Shown here: positions 50,273-63,909 of the stretch, piece by piece
Numbering within the stretch: the stretch's first letter is position 1
Layout: every line of letters starts with the position of its first letter
The notes under the pieces: generated by a model
The model's input: the letters and a program-made list of their open reading frames with translations, nothing else
Database searches by the model: none
What the model was told of the DNA's origin: nothing
Translations under genes and position numbers: made by a program
Assembly: GCA_047967505.1 (NCBI GenBank)
Contig: CM106538.1
Source: Dipteris shenzhenensis
Lineage: Eukaryota
DNA: 64,000 bases
Reading direction: 5' to 3' (one strand)

Positions 50273-52462
50273 TAATGACCTTGACCTGTGAGTCAACACT
50301 AACAACCAAGATGGGCAACTCCCACTATCAACTGAAATGAACACAAGGCTCATGAAGAATGTGATCAACTTCCCTCTTCAACTTGAGACGAGCACAAAGA
50401 TGGTCATGAACCAAGGCTATCCACCCTTCTTATAGATGGCCAACTGGTAGGTGCTTTTCTCTTCCTTTACTTTTCATTCCTTGCTTTTCCATGCAAATCC
50501 TTGGCTTGATTGGCTATTTTCATCCACCAATGGGAGCCATCCCTTTAATTCCTTTCTTTATGGTCCTCTCTTTACGGAAAGTACTCCTTACCTATAGTCT
50601 CTTCAAGAAGAGCATGGGTCCTTCTTTCAGTGCATAACTGACCACTCCCTTCACTGCCCTTTCCCCACGAGGGTTTGAAAGCACATAGTCTTCACTCACT
50701 TGAGCATCCATTCCATGTACCATAGGCAAGACCCAAGGCCCACATCGAAAGCTCCAATGGCTATCCAATCATCTCATTGGTGTCAAATTCTTGTCATTAT
50801 TTCCTACAATCAGGGCTCTCATACAAGCGAATTTATTTATGAAATATATAGTAAATACAAAACATTAGTTTCAAAAAATCGAAGAGGTGGCTATCGTGCT
50901 ATTCACTAGCTACCATTGTCTACCCTATCCATGTGAGCTACACATGTGCCTATCAATGCTAGTTTCTCCTATACATAGGTGCTCCTATACGTGATCTGCA
51001 TGGCATTTGCATCCGATACAAAAAGATATCAGTCGCACAAAAAAAGCCCATCAACTAGAGCGAAAGTGGGTTGGAAAGAGATAGACTAAGAGACAAAGGG
51101 ATTAAGAGAGAGATATACATACATAGAGATTAAGAGAGATACAGAGAGATACTATCACAGATACTATGAGAACAAATAGAGATATGGCCATGGAGCCTCA
51201 TCATTGCATCTCTTTTTGGATAGTTGGTGGTTACGGGAGGACAATCAGGGAGACACCAATTCTGCATGTGCATCCAAACACTAATCATTCTCCTTTTCTC
51301 CTGGTTATCTAGTTTTTCTACTATTTTTCTTTCTCAAAGAATCTCTCTTGTTTGTCTTCTCTAGCATTCCTTTGGATACCTACCATCCTCTTTCTCAAAT
51401 CTCCTCTCTTATTTGCACTCACAGAACACTCCAAGATCTCATCTCTTGTTACTCCTCTCTTGTGGTTGATGTAGTTCTTTGCAAAATGAGCAAATAGATA
51501 ACTATTGCAAAAGATGATTTTTCCTTTCAAAGAGGACGTTTTGGAGCTCAATCTTGACACTATGACAGAGACAGCTGACCTAGAAGGTGTGTCTATGACC
51601 TTGAAGCCTATGACATTGAATCTTACTGACATAAAGCTTGAACCTACTGTGAACCTCCCTGGCGGTGCAATTGGATTTTTGTTGGATCCCAATGTGAACA
51701 AATCCTCTAGAGTCTATAGAGATAATATGAGTAACAGAGTGGAGATAAACTTGGAAGATTAAGGTGAAGAGATTAGGCAGCTTATCACTAGTGTACTATC
51801 CTTGATCCGGTCTCTACCTTTGAACACTAGTTTGCATGTAGTGTTGCATAGTGTTGCTATTGTCTTGCCTCCATGTGCTTGTAAGTCTGCCATGTTTAGA
51901 AAGGAGCAAAATAATGACTATCATCCATGGACAGAATATGTTACTTGTAGCAATGACTGTTTTGAAGGGGTCATTCATTTCCATATGTGTGTTGGGCTTC
52001 TGCGATGCATCAACTTGGAATTCTCCTTCTATTCTAGGATGCATTATCATAATGAAATGCAATAGAAAGGGAGATTGAAACAATCTTGTCCCATTGTTTG
52101 TTTTGTTGTGCCGAGTTTGGTAATATTGCTTGTCGCCATTGGGTGAGACACAAAATGTATTTTAGCATGCCTTGTTGTGATCTACTATTGCATTCCGAGG
52201 GACCACATTGCTACCACTAGATGCGCTATACATCTTGGTAATAATTTCCATCCATATGAAGAGGGTACTAGTAGAGGTAATGTGGAAAGCATAGAGGAGA
52301 AGTTGATTTCCCTTTACCACCCCCAAGTAGTTGGAGACAAATGTTGGTAAAGATGTGGTTCTAGATGTGCTGATGGTTGACAATCAAGGGGAATAGCAGG
52401 AGATTACCAAGTTACTAGAGTATGCAACTCCTTTATCTAATAGTAAATGAATTGAAAAATGT

Positions 52463-52859
52463 TTGGAACATGCAAAGAAAGCCAAAGCATGTCATCATTT
52501 TTGTCTATTTTTGTCAGGCAATGCTAGAACAGGCAAAAAGTTCACATTGTTTCTTTTAGTGCAAGCATTGCACCCAAGAGAGTGCATGTCTGATGTTGAG
52601 CTACCCAAGGTTCTACTACTAGCCTACACAGGGGAAATCCATGTACAACATAGGGGGGACAACTATCCACTTTGCTCTTCATTTGCCTTTGCTAGCAACA
52701 ACTAGCTACAAGAGCCTTTGCACAGAGAAATCGCAAATGCTCACGCACCTCTACAAGGATGTCCAATTAATAGTGTTCGATGAAATTTCACTAATAGGCC
52801 AAAGCACATTCATTGCAGTAGACATGTGCATGCATGAAATCAAACATAACCACTTGTAA
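52463..52859 (+). pseudogene. PIF1-type helicase fragment (Helitron/Helentron-derived)
   Basis: Degenerate Walker A FLSGNARTGK, motif Ia LAYTG, NIGGTTIHFAL and Walker B IVFDEISLIG, across a frameshift. Confidence 0.75.
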
Positions 52860-54300
52860 CCTTTTTAGGACAATTGACATGTTCAAAATTTCCATCAAGG
52901 GTCCTAGTACTGGGTTGGACTTGGTTAATAGTTTGAGACTAGGAAGCAATTTGAAGGACATGTGGGTTCATTTTTATCACGTTCATAGAGTCCTTGGTTG
53001 GCCCACAATGCCTGCTCATGTGTATCACTCTTATGTCCATGAACTATTAACTATTGCCACTTGTGAGTTCAGGGTGGAAGATCAATGTCAATTTGCACAA
53101 GAAGAATTTTGGAGAATGCTTAATGATGTCATGCAAAAAATGGGTTTGAGAAATCAAATTCAAAGGTTTCATGGTTGATGAGCTAGTTAGCAGTTCACAC
53201 TATCTACTTTGGGGGAGCAAAGAAGAAAGTGCCAAATAAAGAGAGATGTTTTGTTTTCCATTGAGAGAAAACCATGGTGAGGCATACTTAGAAATGCATT
53301 TGAACTTTTTCTGAAGTGGAGCACAAGCCCTTATCCAAAAAATGTTAGAATGCCCCATCTGAGAATGCTACTGAGGTCTGTAAAAATGAAATCAAATTTT
53401 TTTTGCAAGCTGGACATGCAGTGTAGGGTGAGATTCTTGCCTTCAAAACATGGTTGGCTTGGTTGGATACATGAGCTTTCATTGGGATTCGTGGTTTTCT
53501 TTGCAGGAGGAATCTAGTGTCTTCATCCGAACAACAAATCCATCTGAGGCTAAGCGCGCAAACATGAGGGCAAGTGTAGGATACAAAGACCAGATTTTTG
53601 TGTTTGAGGCAACTAGAGATGACTTGTCCCTTGCAGTCTTGCAAAGTGTGAAATATAATGCATTTTTGAAAGGGATAAGATCTAGATGTGGCCCTGGTAT
53701 GGCTGACATGGTGGAACACTTTTATAACAAAGGTGCTACATCATCTTCAAGCAAATGACTGGTTGAGTTGATAGAGGATTCAATGCAAGAGATGGGTGTA
53801 AGGTCCCCAGAAATGCAGCATGCATGCAATAATCCAAGCATTGTTAAAAAAAAGGCATCCAATGCATGTCCATCCAAATGAGGACTTGGAGGAGGACAGC
53901 CATAGTCTAGAATATGTGACAATCATAATGCACAGGCAGCACAACCCATAAGCTCATGGGAAAGGAGGCAGTCAAACTATGGTCATGAAATCATAGGTGT
54001 CCAAAACACTGTGGGCAATTTGCATGATGGAACCAAATAGAAACATGACTCATTTTGGATGCTTGCCTAGCTGAGGAAGAAGATGTGGATGATCCATTTG
54101 CAAAGGAGATGGGAAGAGTGCTTTTGGAGTGCTAGACCCATGTTTTGGGGGGTGACATAGATATCCCGATGGTATTATGGAAGGATTTGTTCAGTTTTTT
54201 AATGTGTCAAATACTCACTCTTGGAATGTTGATGAAATCCTAGTGATAGGTGTGCTAGGACCGATGCTAGGAGTATGGCCAATGGATGAGGGGACAGACT

Positions 54301-57300
54301 TGTTGAGATATCAAGCTCTATCCCCGACATATCTCCTGGATGACTATCATTTATGTCACCGCCTATGATAGTTGTACTCGTGGTGTAGTTAGACTACCAC
54401 GTATGTTTTGGTTTGGGTTCACATATGAACCACGTATTCTAGGGTTTGACATATAGGGTATTTCCCTCTTCTATTGTAATTGTTGTTGTGTGCAAAAGTG
54501 AAGAAAGGCTTCACCCTCCAACCTTGTGTCCTCTCTCTTTTGTGTGTTGTGAAGAAAGCTGAACTTGAGTCTCCTATCTCTCTCCCTTATTCTTTACATG
54601 GTATCAGAGCCTTGTTCGTGGTAAGGAGCTCAAGAAAGCAAGCCAAGTTTATGGTGTCCTGGTAAGAGGACCAGTGTTGCTTTCCTATTTCGAGTTTGGG
54701 AGCAAATCTCTGCAGGTAGCACAGCCAGAAGTGTAGGAGTGCACTGCTTCAGATTGAGAGGCCCTTCGCGGTGTGGTGACTTTATTTTTTTGATTTGAGG
54801 CCATTTCGGGGCCCGTTTTGAAGGCGGAAGTTCTTCGCAGGCACTCAGAAAAAGGCCCTGTTTTTGCTGTGCGACCACTGCGCACGGCCAGTCGGTGGAA
54901 AGGTGCCACAGAAATTGCATCGTATGCCTGTGTGCAGAGATATTGGGAGTTGCAGATTCATGCATGTTGCCTGTTGATGCAAAATCGTCACTAGGAAGTG
55001 ACTGTGTGGTGAAATACCACTTTCGTCAGTGTTGTAGATCTGCCCCTGTGAGGCTTTTTGCAGAAGTTTTGCTATTTGCCCTTCTGAGGCATTTGCTGTG
55101 TTTACAGGTTGCTGTTGCAATTCGTGATTTGTAAAATGTCTGAGAATCTGTCTACCATTGTCAGTGAGAAGCTTGACAAGAACAACTTCCAAGCATGGAA
55201 GTTCAGGATGACAAACTTCCTTATGGGAAAGGGAGTTTGGGATTACATCAGTGGTGAAACTACAGAACCAGTTTTGGGTGCTGCTCCCACTCCTGCTGAA
55301 TTGAAGGCCTTTAAAGAATGGCATGAAAAAGCCAGAAAATGCTTGTATTGGCTGTCTGTTAGCATTTCAGATTCTATGATTGTGCACATACAGGATGTAG
55401 AGACACCTAAGGAGGCATGGGATACATTGGTGAAGCTATATAGCACAAATACCAAAGCACGAAAGATGCAGCTAAAGCAGGAGTTGCACAATGTGCAAAG
55501 GAAAAATATGAATATAAATGAGTATTCCTTGAAGGTGAAAGGCCTTGCAGATTCTCTTGCCTCCATTGGAGCACCTGTTGATGATGAGGACTTAGTGTCC
55601 GTGACCTTGAATGGTCTTGGGAAAGATTATGCACAATTTCGGACATCCATTGGAGTCCGTGAAACATTTCCTGATTTTCAGGAACTTATTGCTCTCTTGC
55701 TGAGTGAAGAGCAAAGGAATGGTGGTTCAGCCACCTCAACTTCTCAAGAGACTGCTTTCTACTCGAATACAGGTAGAGGCAGGGGTAGAGGAAGAGGCCG
55801 TTTTGGTGGCCGTGCAGGAAATCAGAACCAACAGCAACAACAGGAAAACCAGTCCTATGGAGGAGGACGTGGTAGTTCTAGAGGCAGGGGGAGCCAAAGA
55901 GGCCGTGGTTCATGGCAAAGGAACTAGCAAGTAAATAGCAGCACAGAATGCTATTATTGTGGAAAGCCTGGACACAAGGAGAATACATGCTATAAAAAAC
56001 AGAATGACATCAAAAGTGGGAAGTTGCAGCAAAGCAACTATGCATCATCAAGTGGGCATGGTGACGACAGAAATGAGCACCTTTTTGTGATGCAGCATAT
56101 GGTTAACTCCATGTCAGGAGATGCTGCAGCTTGCAATGATGTTTGGTATGTTGATTCAGGTGCCTCTAACCACATGACCAGTCATGGTGAGTGGTTTCAT
56201 GATGTTAGAAATTTGGATAAGCCAGGTTATGTTGAAACAGGTGATGATACTGCGCACCCAATTACGCAGGTTGGTAAAGTGCCATTGGCTATGTAGGATG
56301 GCAAAACAAAGTACTTGGCAGCAGATGTATTTCATGTTCCAAAAATCACTAAGAACCTGGTTTCAGTTGGCCAGATGGTTGAGCAAGGTCTGCAGGTTAG
56401 ATTTAATCCTGATGGATGCTTCGTTGAGGACTTGAAAAATAAGTGCCGCTTGGTTGTGAAAGGCAACAAAAATGGCAGAATGTTCACCTTGGATGTTGAT
56501 ATGCCTGAGGTGAAAGCTGCTATGTTTGCGCATGGGAGAGGTGTCATTGCAGATATTGAGATATGGCACAAGCGCATTGGGCATGTGAATATACAAAGGC
56601 TGAAATCTATGCAAACGAAAAACATTGTTGCAGGTTTGCCTAAATTCAGAGTTGAGGGAATGCAAAAGGTATGTGAAGCATGCCAAATGGGTAAGCAGGC
56701 CAGACATGCATTTCCCAAAAATGCTAAGGTGAGCAGAAGACCTTTGGAAGTGATCCATTCAGATGTTTGGACAACCAAAGCTGCTTCTATTGGTGGATGC
56801 CATTATTATGTGACGTTTATTGATGACTACACTAGGAAGGTGTGGATTTATTTTATGAAGCACAAAAGTGAAGTGTTCAGCCATTTCAAGGCTTTTCAGG
56901 CCATGGTTGAAAAAGAGAAAGGTGTGCATATTAAAGTGCTAAGATCTGATGGAGGGGGAGAGTACTTTTCAGAAGAATTTTGTGAATATCTGAAAGAACA
57001 GGGAATTCAAAGGAAGTACTCATGCAGGTCTACCCCTCAGTAGAATGGGGTTGCAGAAAGGAAGAACAGGCATATTGCAGAAGTAGGACGGGCGATCCTA
57101 AATGAGAAAAACATGCCTGATTATCTTTGGGCTAAAGCAGTAGCAACTGCTGTTTATATTATGAATAGAACTCCCACTGCAGCTGTCCATGGCATGACGC
57201 CTGAAGAAATGTATACAGGCCAAAAACCAGATATTTCTCACTTGAAGGTATTTGGTTGCATAGCGTATGTTCATGTTCCTGATGAGAAGAGAACCAAGCT

Positions 57301-59749
57301 GGATCCAAAGGCAGAAAAATGCATCTTTATTGGATATGCTCAGCACCAGAAAGGGTATCGCTGTTATAACCCTTCCACTCGCAAAATGCAAGTGAGCAGA
57401 GATGTTGTTTTTGATGAAATGAGCAGCTAGTATGCACCAATTGTTATGGTAGGAGATGCAGATGCAGGAAATGGGAATGCTGCAATAAATGCAGAGCAGC
57501 AATCTCAAGCCTTGAGTGGACCCAGAGAGTCCTCTACTAGTGGATCTAATGCATGGACAGGGAGATTGAGATCTAGTGAATCGTCACATGGCAGTCCTGA
57601 TAGTGTTGTGCAGGTATCACATAAGGGAAAAGAAAAAGTGGACCATACTCCAGTGTTTGATGTGTCTGCTGGTAGCTCTCATGTTGATGGAGAGTCAAGC
57701 GGCTCTGAAATGAGCCTTGATGAGGAACTTGGGATTCCTTCTGTTGTTACACCTGGTGCAAGGAAAAGCAGGCATGATTTAAAGACTCCTGCAACTGATC
57801 CAGTTGTACGGAGGTCCACTCGTATTAAGTATCTAGTTGACAGGCTGAGATATGATGGGTATACAGCACATCACTATGCTTATATGGTCAAGGTTCTAGA
57901 GGAGCCAGAGCCCACATGTTTTGAGGATGCAGCAGGGCATAAAAATTGGGAAGCAGCTATGGATGAAGAGATGGCTGCCTTGGATGCAAACCACACTTGG
58001 GATTTGATGCCTTTGCCTCATGATAAGAAGGCTATTGGCTGCAAGTGGGTTTACAAAGTGAAGCACAATGCTGATGGGTCTGTTAGCAGGTACAAGGCAA
58101 GATTGGTTGCCAAAGGTTTTGTGCAGACATATGGAATTGACTATGAGGAAACTTTCAGCCCAGTTGCAAGGATGGCAACCGTGAGAGCAGTAATTGCTAT
58201 GGCTGCTGCAAAGGGATGGTCTTTGCATCAGATGGATGTGAAAAATGCCTTCTTGCATGGTGATTTGCAGGAAGAGGTTTATATGATGCAGCCAGAAGGT
58301 TATGAGGATAATTCACACCCCGATTTTGTATGCAGGTTGCGCAAAGCCTTGTATGGCTTAAAACAGGCGCCGAGGGCATGGTCAGACAAGATAGGGCAAT
58401 ATCTTGTCACTATTGGATTTCAGATTTCCAATTCAGATTTTTCACTTTATGTGAAAAGGACAAACAGAGGGATTGTGCTTATAGTCATCTATGTTGATGG
58501 CTTGATTATTACAGGTGATAGTGATGCAGACATTAATGAAGTGAAGCTGCTGTTGAAGCAGAAATTTGAGATGAAGGATTTGGGAGAGCTGCGTTACTTC
58601 TTGGGCATTGAGGTTATTAGATCCCCGAGTGGGATATGGCTGTTGCAAAGGCAATACGGTTTGGACATGCTGTCCAAATATGGGATGACAGGCTGTAAGC
58701 CTATTTCTGTTCCATTGGAGCAGAATGTGAAGCTCAATGCAGAGACAGGTGAGCTTCTTGAAGATATTACTATGTACAGGCGCGTAGTAGGTAGCTTGAT
58801 TTACATGACTATAACCAGACCAGATTTGAGCTATGCTGTGGGGCTGGTGAGTCAGTTTATGCAGGCACCGAGGAAGCCACATTTGGATGCGGCTAGGCGC
58901 ATACTGCGGTATGTGAAGTCCACATTGCATTATGGATTGCTTTATGAAGCTGGGTGTGCATTACAGGTACATGGATACACAGATGCTGACTGGGCTCGTA
59001 GTGTCTCAGACAGGAGATCTACTAGTGGTTTTATGTTTTCCCTTGGGAGTGGTGCCATCAGTTGGAGCAGCAAGAAGCAGCCAACAGTTGCCTTGTCGAG
59101 CACAGAGGCTGAGTACAGGGGTGCAGCAATGGCTGCATGTGAGGTAGCTTGGTTACGGAAGCTACTTGCAGATATGGGACAGTCAGTTCATGCAGCAGTT
59201 GTCATTCATTGTGACAACATTAGCAGCATCATGCTTGCTAATAACCCAGTTTATCATGCTAGAACGAAGCACATTGAGGTGCATTATCACTTTGTGAGAG
59301 AGAAGGTTCTAGCTGGTGAGATTGATCTTGTCTATGTCAGCACTGAGGAGCAAGTGGCTGATATCTTTACGAAGGCATTGGGTACCGAGAAGCTTCGCAG
59401 ATTTAGGAGCTTGCTTGGTGTACGTGAGATGGATTTGAGCTTGAGGGGGAGTGTTGAGATATCAAGCTCTATCCCCGACATATCTCCTGGATGACTATCA
59501 TTTATGTCACCGCCTATGTTAGTTGTACTCGTGGTGTAGTTAGACTACCACGTATGTTTTGGTTTGGGTTCACATATGAACCACGTATTCTAGGGTTTGA
59601 CATATAGGGTATTTCCCTCTTCTATTGTAATTGTTGTTGTGTGCAAAAGTGAAGAAAGGCTTCACCCTCCAACCTTGTGTCCTCTCTCTTTTGTGTGTTA
59701 TGAAGAAAGCTGAACTTGAGTCTCCTATCTCTCTCCCTTATTCTTTACA
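54301..59749 (+). mobile_element. Full-length Ty1/copia LTR retrotransposon; 298-bp LTRs 54301-54598 and 59452-59749; TSD AGACT
   Basis: TG..CA LTRs differing at 2 sites; PBS TGGTATCAGAGC at 54599; PPT GAGGGGGAG before 59452; AGACT at 54296-54300 and 59750-59754. Confidence 0.98.
55136..59494 (+). pseudogene. Copia gag-pol polyprotein (gag-CCHC-protease-integrase-RT-RNase H) with four in-frame TAG stops
   Basis: One reading frame throughout. CYYCGKPGHKENTC, WYVDSGASNHM, WHKRIGH/CEAC, HSDVW, RSDGGGEY, YKARLVAKG, QMDVKNAFL, YVDG (normally YVDD), TDADW, EAEY, ADIFTK. Stops end at 55927, 56296, 57043 and 57430. Confidence 0.95.
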
Positions 59750-59769
59750 AGACTTGCACCAACACAAGG

Positions 59770-60115
59770 TGCATATTGTGACATGAAGTTGGGGGTAATA
59801 AACTTCACACAACTCTTCACTTCCTACTGCTTTCAAACTGAGTGATAGAGATATTTATCACTGGGAAATGGACATTAAAAAGAAAATTTTATACCGAGAC
59901 CACACCATACTTTCCTCTCTTAGATGAGAATGGAGATGGTAACATCCCAAGTGATGTTTTACTCAAGCATAGGGAGAAGGAAAGGATCAACGGAGGCCAT
60001 AATCTCAGCAAGCCAGTCTATGCCACAGAGAAGAGTGATACGTTGTTGAAAGAAGATCTTGTGGCTCAACATGACCTGAACTGATATATATTGAGGAGTT
60101 TGAAGGGGCTGATTG
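59770..60115 (-). repeat. Diverged inverted homolog of 27815-28170 (probable LINE 3' region)
   Basis: Shared GATCTTCTT.CAACAACG, CATCACTTGGGATGTTACCAT and ATTACCCCCAACTTCATGTCACAA; ORFs 27849-28082 and 59842-60084 translate to similar peptides. Confidence 0.75.
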
Positions 60116-63100
60116 GGTCGGATGGGTAGGTTTTAGGGAAACATTGCACCTCCTTCATAGATACCTTTACAATTAGCTCAAAACACTACAAAATATCATA
60201 AGACACAAAGACCCATAACTGTCAGTAGAGACATGATATCAAATATTCAAACACATATTGAGATGTGCCTTAAAATGGGCTTCTCTATAATATAAGTTTC
60301 GTAAGAAACAGAGAAGCAGTCGGAAAGATATGGGCAATTTACTGGATGGCGGTAAAAACTATCTGAAAAAGAAATAGTCACACACAAAGAGTCATAGATT
60401 TTTGGTTTGACATTTAATGTAATAATTTAAGACACAGGATATTTTCTTTAAGAGAGCTTTGTGTTGATATAAGTTTTGTCCAAATCGGACCACCAAGCAA
60501 AAAGTTATGAGCAAAATACTGACAGGGGGTCAAACTATCATGAAAAACACCTAGTCCTTCTATTGGTGCTGACTTGGGAGAACACTACCTCCATGCTTAG
60601 ACTTCATCAATGATCCAAGTCCCATAGAGGTCACCTAAGAGGGAAGGAAGAGCTCCCTTTGTGGCTTGGGAAATAGATAAACCATGTATGCTAAATGAGC
60701 GGCCGAATAGACAACACTTTTGAGCATTTTCGAAGAGAAAGCAATGGAAAAAGGAAAGAGACACTCAAGAGAGAGAATCTGAAGTGACCTTTATTACCAA
60801 TAGAGTGAGACTCCACTCCAATGCAACTCAAAATACTACAAACACAAGGGATAAGAAGAGGCTTCATACATACAAGAGGGAGCGGAAGCTTCAAGACTAC
60901 TCAAAGAGAGAGAATGAACTAGAGAGAGATGGACTCAAGAGTCTGCATAAGAGAATATCTACAAGGAGAGAAGGCTCATGGAAGAGGCTTGAGGAGACTA
61001 GAGCTACAGTAACAAGAGGCCTAATGGTGGACGAGATGATGAACAAGGGAGGGGAGGGCTCCTTTTATAGAGATTTTATCACCCTCCTTCACCCATTTAC
61101 AATTGCTGCCTGTAGATTCCTTTCCCCATCAATCACATAAGCCCGTATGTCACCATCCATGTCCTTTTTGGTTACTCTTGCCATGTGTCCCATCAAAAGA
61201 TGCTCAAGACTCTTCAAATATTGAGAAAGTCAAGAGTCTCCCCCACATGGAGCCCATAGGGACCCTTTCTTTTCCATATGTCCACATCCTCCTTATTCCA
61301 CATAGGAATTCTAGAAGGATTCCTCTTGACTTCACACTCCTCTACATGCCTTCCACACGCTTGGCATGTGGCCTCTCTTATATTATTGGAACACATGGAC
61401 ATGAGCCCACCTCTTTGTAAGAAAACAATACAATGTCTGTGCTCAACAAATAACAGGATATCGTATGCAAGAGAGAAAGGTAGATAGTATGGAGAATCAA
61501 AATTTTGATTACTGTAAAACAAATACAATAGATGGCACTACCTCCAAGCCATGCGCTCGTGTGTGAGAAGCTTCGATGGCATGCTAGAAACAGTAGAGGA
61601 TGGAGGCTGGATGCTAAGGAATCAAGGTTGTTGTAGCTAGTGATGATAATGGGCTTCACAGGCTTGCTCTTATATAGCCACCAGTCATAGTCGGTTAGAC
61701 CCAATTAGGAGACCGACCCAGTCGGCCCAAAACGACCAACTGGAGGTCGGTCTCGAAATAGGCCACCGACCACACATTAGAGCCGTGGCACAGAATAGAG
61801 CAACTAGCCTACGGTCCCCATTTGGCCTAGAGCCAAAGCCCTACATTGTTCTCGGGATATGCTGTAAACGTTCATCTGCTCAGAGTAGGAAGAGAGAACC
61901 ATAGTACTGCCATGTTACTTCATCACAGCAAAGAATTTTCTTGCTTTTATAAATGTAGATAAACGAAGCCTGCTTCGTTTAGTTAGGCGATGAATTACAC
62001 ATGGATATCCATGCACGACTGTTCACAGGTACTCGATGCTTTCAGAGCTATTTGGTGGGAGAGATGAAGTAAACTTTGATATGACCATCCACTAGCTGGT
62101 CCCTTAAGGGTGAAGAAATGTCGACAGTTACTTGGACGAGCCCATCTTGCTCTATTGTGCAAGGTTTGGATGAGTCGCATACTAAATCGATAAATGTAGA
62201 CCTCATTCTTTTTTTCACAAAGTCCATGAGGCAGTTGAAGAAATAGGCCTCAGGCGGTGTAGGTACACGAAGCCCATGAAGATCTGGCTATCTTGGGACA
62301 CGGCTAATGAACATACGTGCTGAGCCAGTATACACCAAAGACCCGTCATCATCACCCATTGAGGCCAATGATCTTTGTTTTGTGATGGCTTAACAATAGT
62401 GTATTTGGCACAGTCTGATAGCCTCTAGAGAAACCATATACGAAGCTAGAGAAGATTAGTTAGACCCTGAGGCTGTGATGCTATGAAGAAAACTCAGTCA
62501 ATATTGTGATATGCAATGTAGTCTAGAAATAGTCCTTTAAAAAAGCGAGGATGGGCTACTCGTAGTGAGCATTACTGATGTTACTACATCTCTCACTATC
62601 TACATACCAACGTCTGTGCATTGCATGTTTTTTTAGTATTACGCTATGTCTCTAAGAGGTAGGTGGAATATAGATGCTGGGGGGAACTAGATAATCACAC
62701 GGCTTGGAGAGTATATGCAAAGCAGTCTATGTATAGGTAAATGTGTAAAAGAGACGACATGAGACAGAGTAAATTGGCCCCAGTTATGTGTATGCCTAAG
62801 CTAGATCATGTGCAACTATTTCAGAGAAATAGAGGCTAAGCATAACCATAATTGATAAACATAACTCAGGGAAGGACCTGTGTGAAAAGGAAAAAGTCAG
62901 AGCATTTTTACTATGGAACAAGGAGAAAAAGATAGAGAGCACATGGAGATAGCGGAGAAAATGAAAATGCTTAGTTACAGATAATGGATTAGGGGTTTGC
63001 TGGGATTCAAACATTGACACCTATGACAATAATGAGAATCGATTGATGCTTATGTGCAAATAGGATTTGTAACCAATAGCAAAAAGCAGTAAGATAGGCC

Positions 63101-63439
63101 ATTATATGGATACTTTTTGTATGTTTTGAGGAACTTTGGAAATTTTAGCTTAACACTAGACTATTTTTACATATTGCTTTAAACACTTTATACCTTGATG
63201 ACTAGCTCTCAAATTTTTGCTTTTCCTCATTAGACATCAAAGTACACATAGACACGCTTTCATCGGATAATTTAGAGCTTTCTAATCCCAACTTCACATT
63301 CTATGCATTATGCCAACATAGAATGGATTTTTAAAATACATCCAAGAGATAATTTGAAAGCTTTTTTAAAAATTTACTATATCAACTTTCAACACTCAAC
63401 TTTTTTTTAGCCAGATCTAAGGTCCCCTACCCATGAAGA

Positions 63440-63440
<1 letters not shown>

Positions 63441-63485
<45 letters not shown>
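63441..63485. repeat. (TG)n microsatellite
   Basis: Read directly from the sequence. Confidence 0.95.
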
Positions 63486-63490
<5 letters not shown>

Positions 63491-63825
63491 CTAGTACCCA
63501 TAAAGAAAAAGAACTTGAGCTTTAGAGTTTTTTTTCTCAAATTATTATTAGCTAATCCCACAAAAGTAAAAAGTTTCCCTATCAAATCAAAATCTTATGC
63601 ATATATAAAAGAAATGTACACTTTGCCTAATCTTAATTCTATTATTTCCTTGGCCAATATAGACCAAAAGCTTAGGTTTCCTGTTAAGAGACTATTTATA
63701 CTATTGAATTTGAGAATTCCTAGTCAAAGAACCTTGGAGACAAGAGATAAGACCTGGTACCCATAAAAGTGCAAAAAAAATTTCTCTCTCTAAAACAAAA
63801 CCAAAAATATATAGATATTAACAAA

Positions 63826-63832
<7 letters not shown>

Positions 63833-63906
<74 letters not shown>
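63833..63906. repeat. (TC)n microsatellite
   Basis: Read directly from the sequence. Confidence 0.95.

Positions 63907-63909
<3 letters not shown>

Noticed and set aside
60380-63400. Probable LTR and DNA-transposon fragments (also 28500-29530, 44640-47040, 50280-50810)
   Set aside because: Composition suggests TE relics, but I could not verify paired ends, TSDs or protein motifs.
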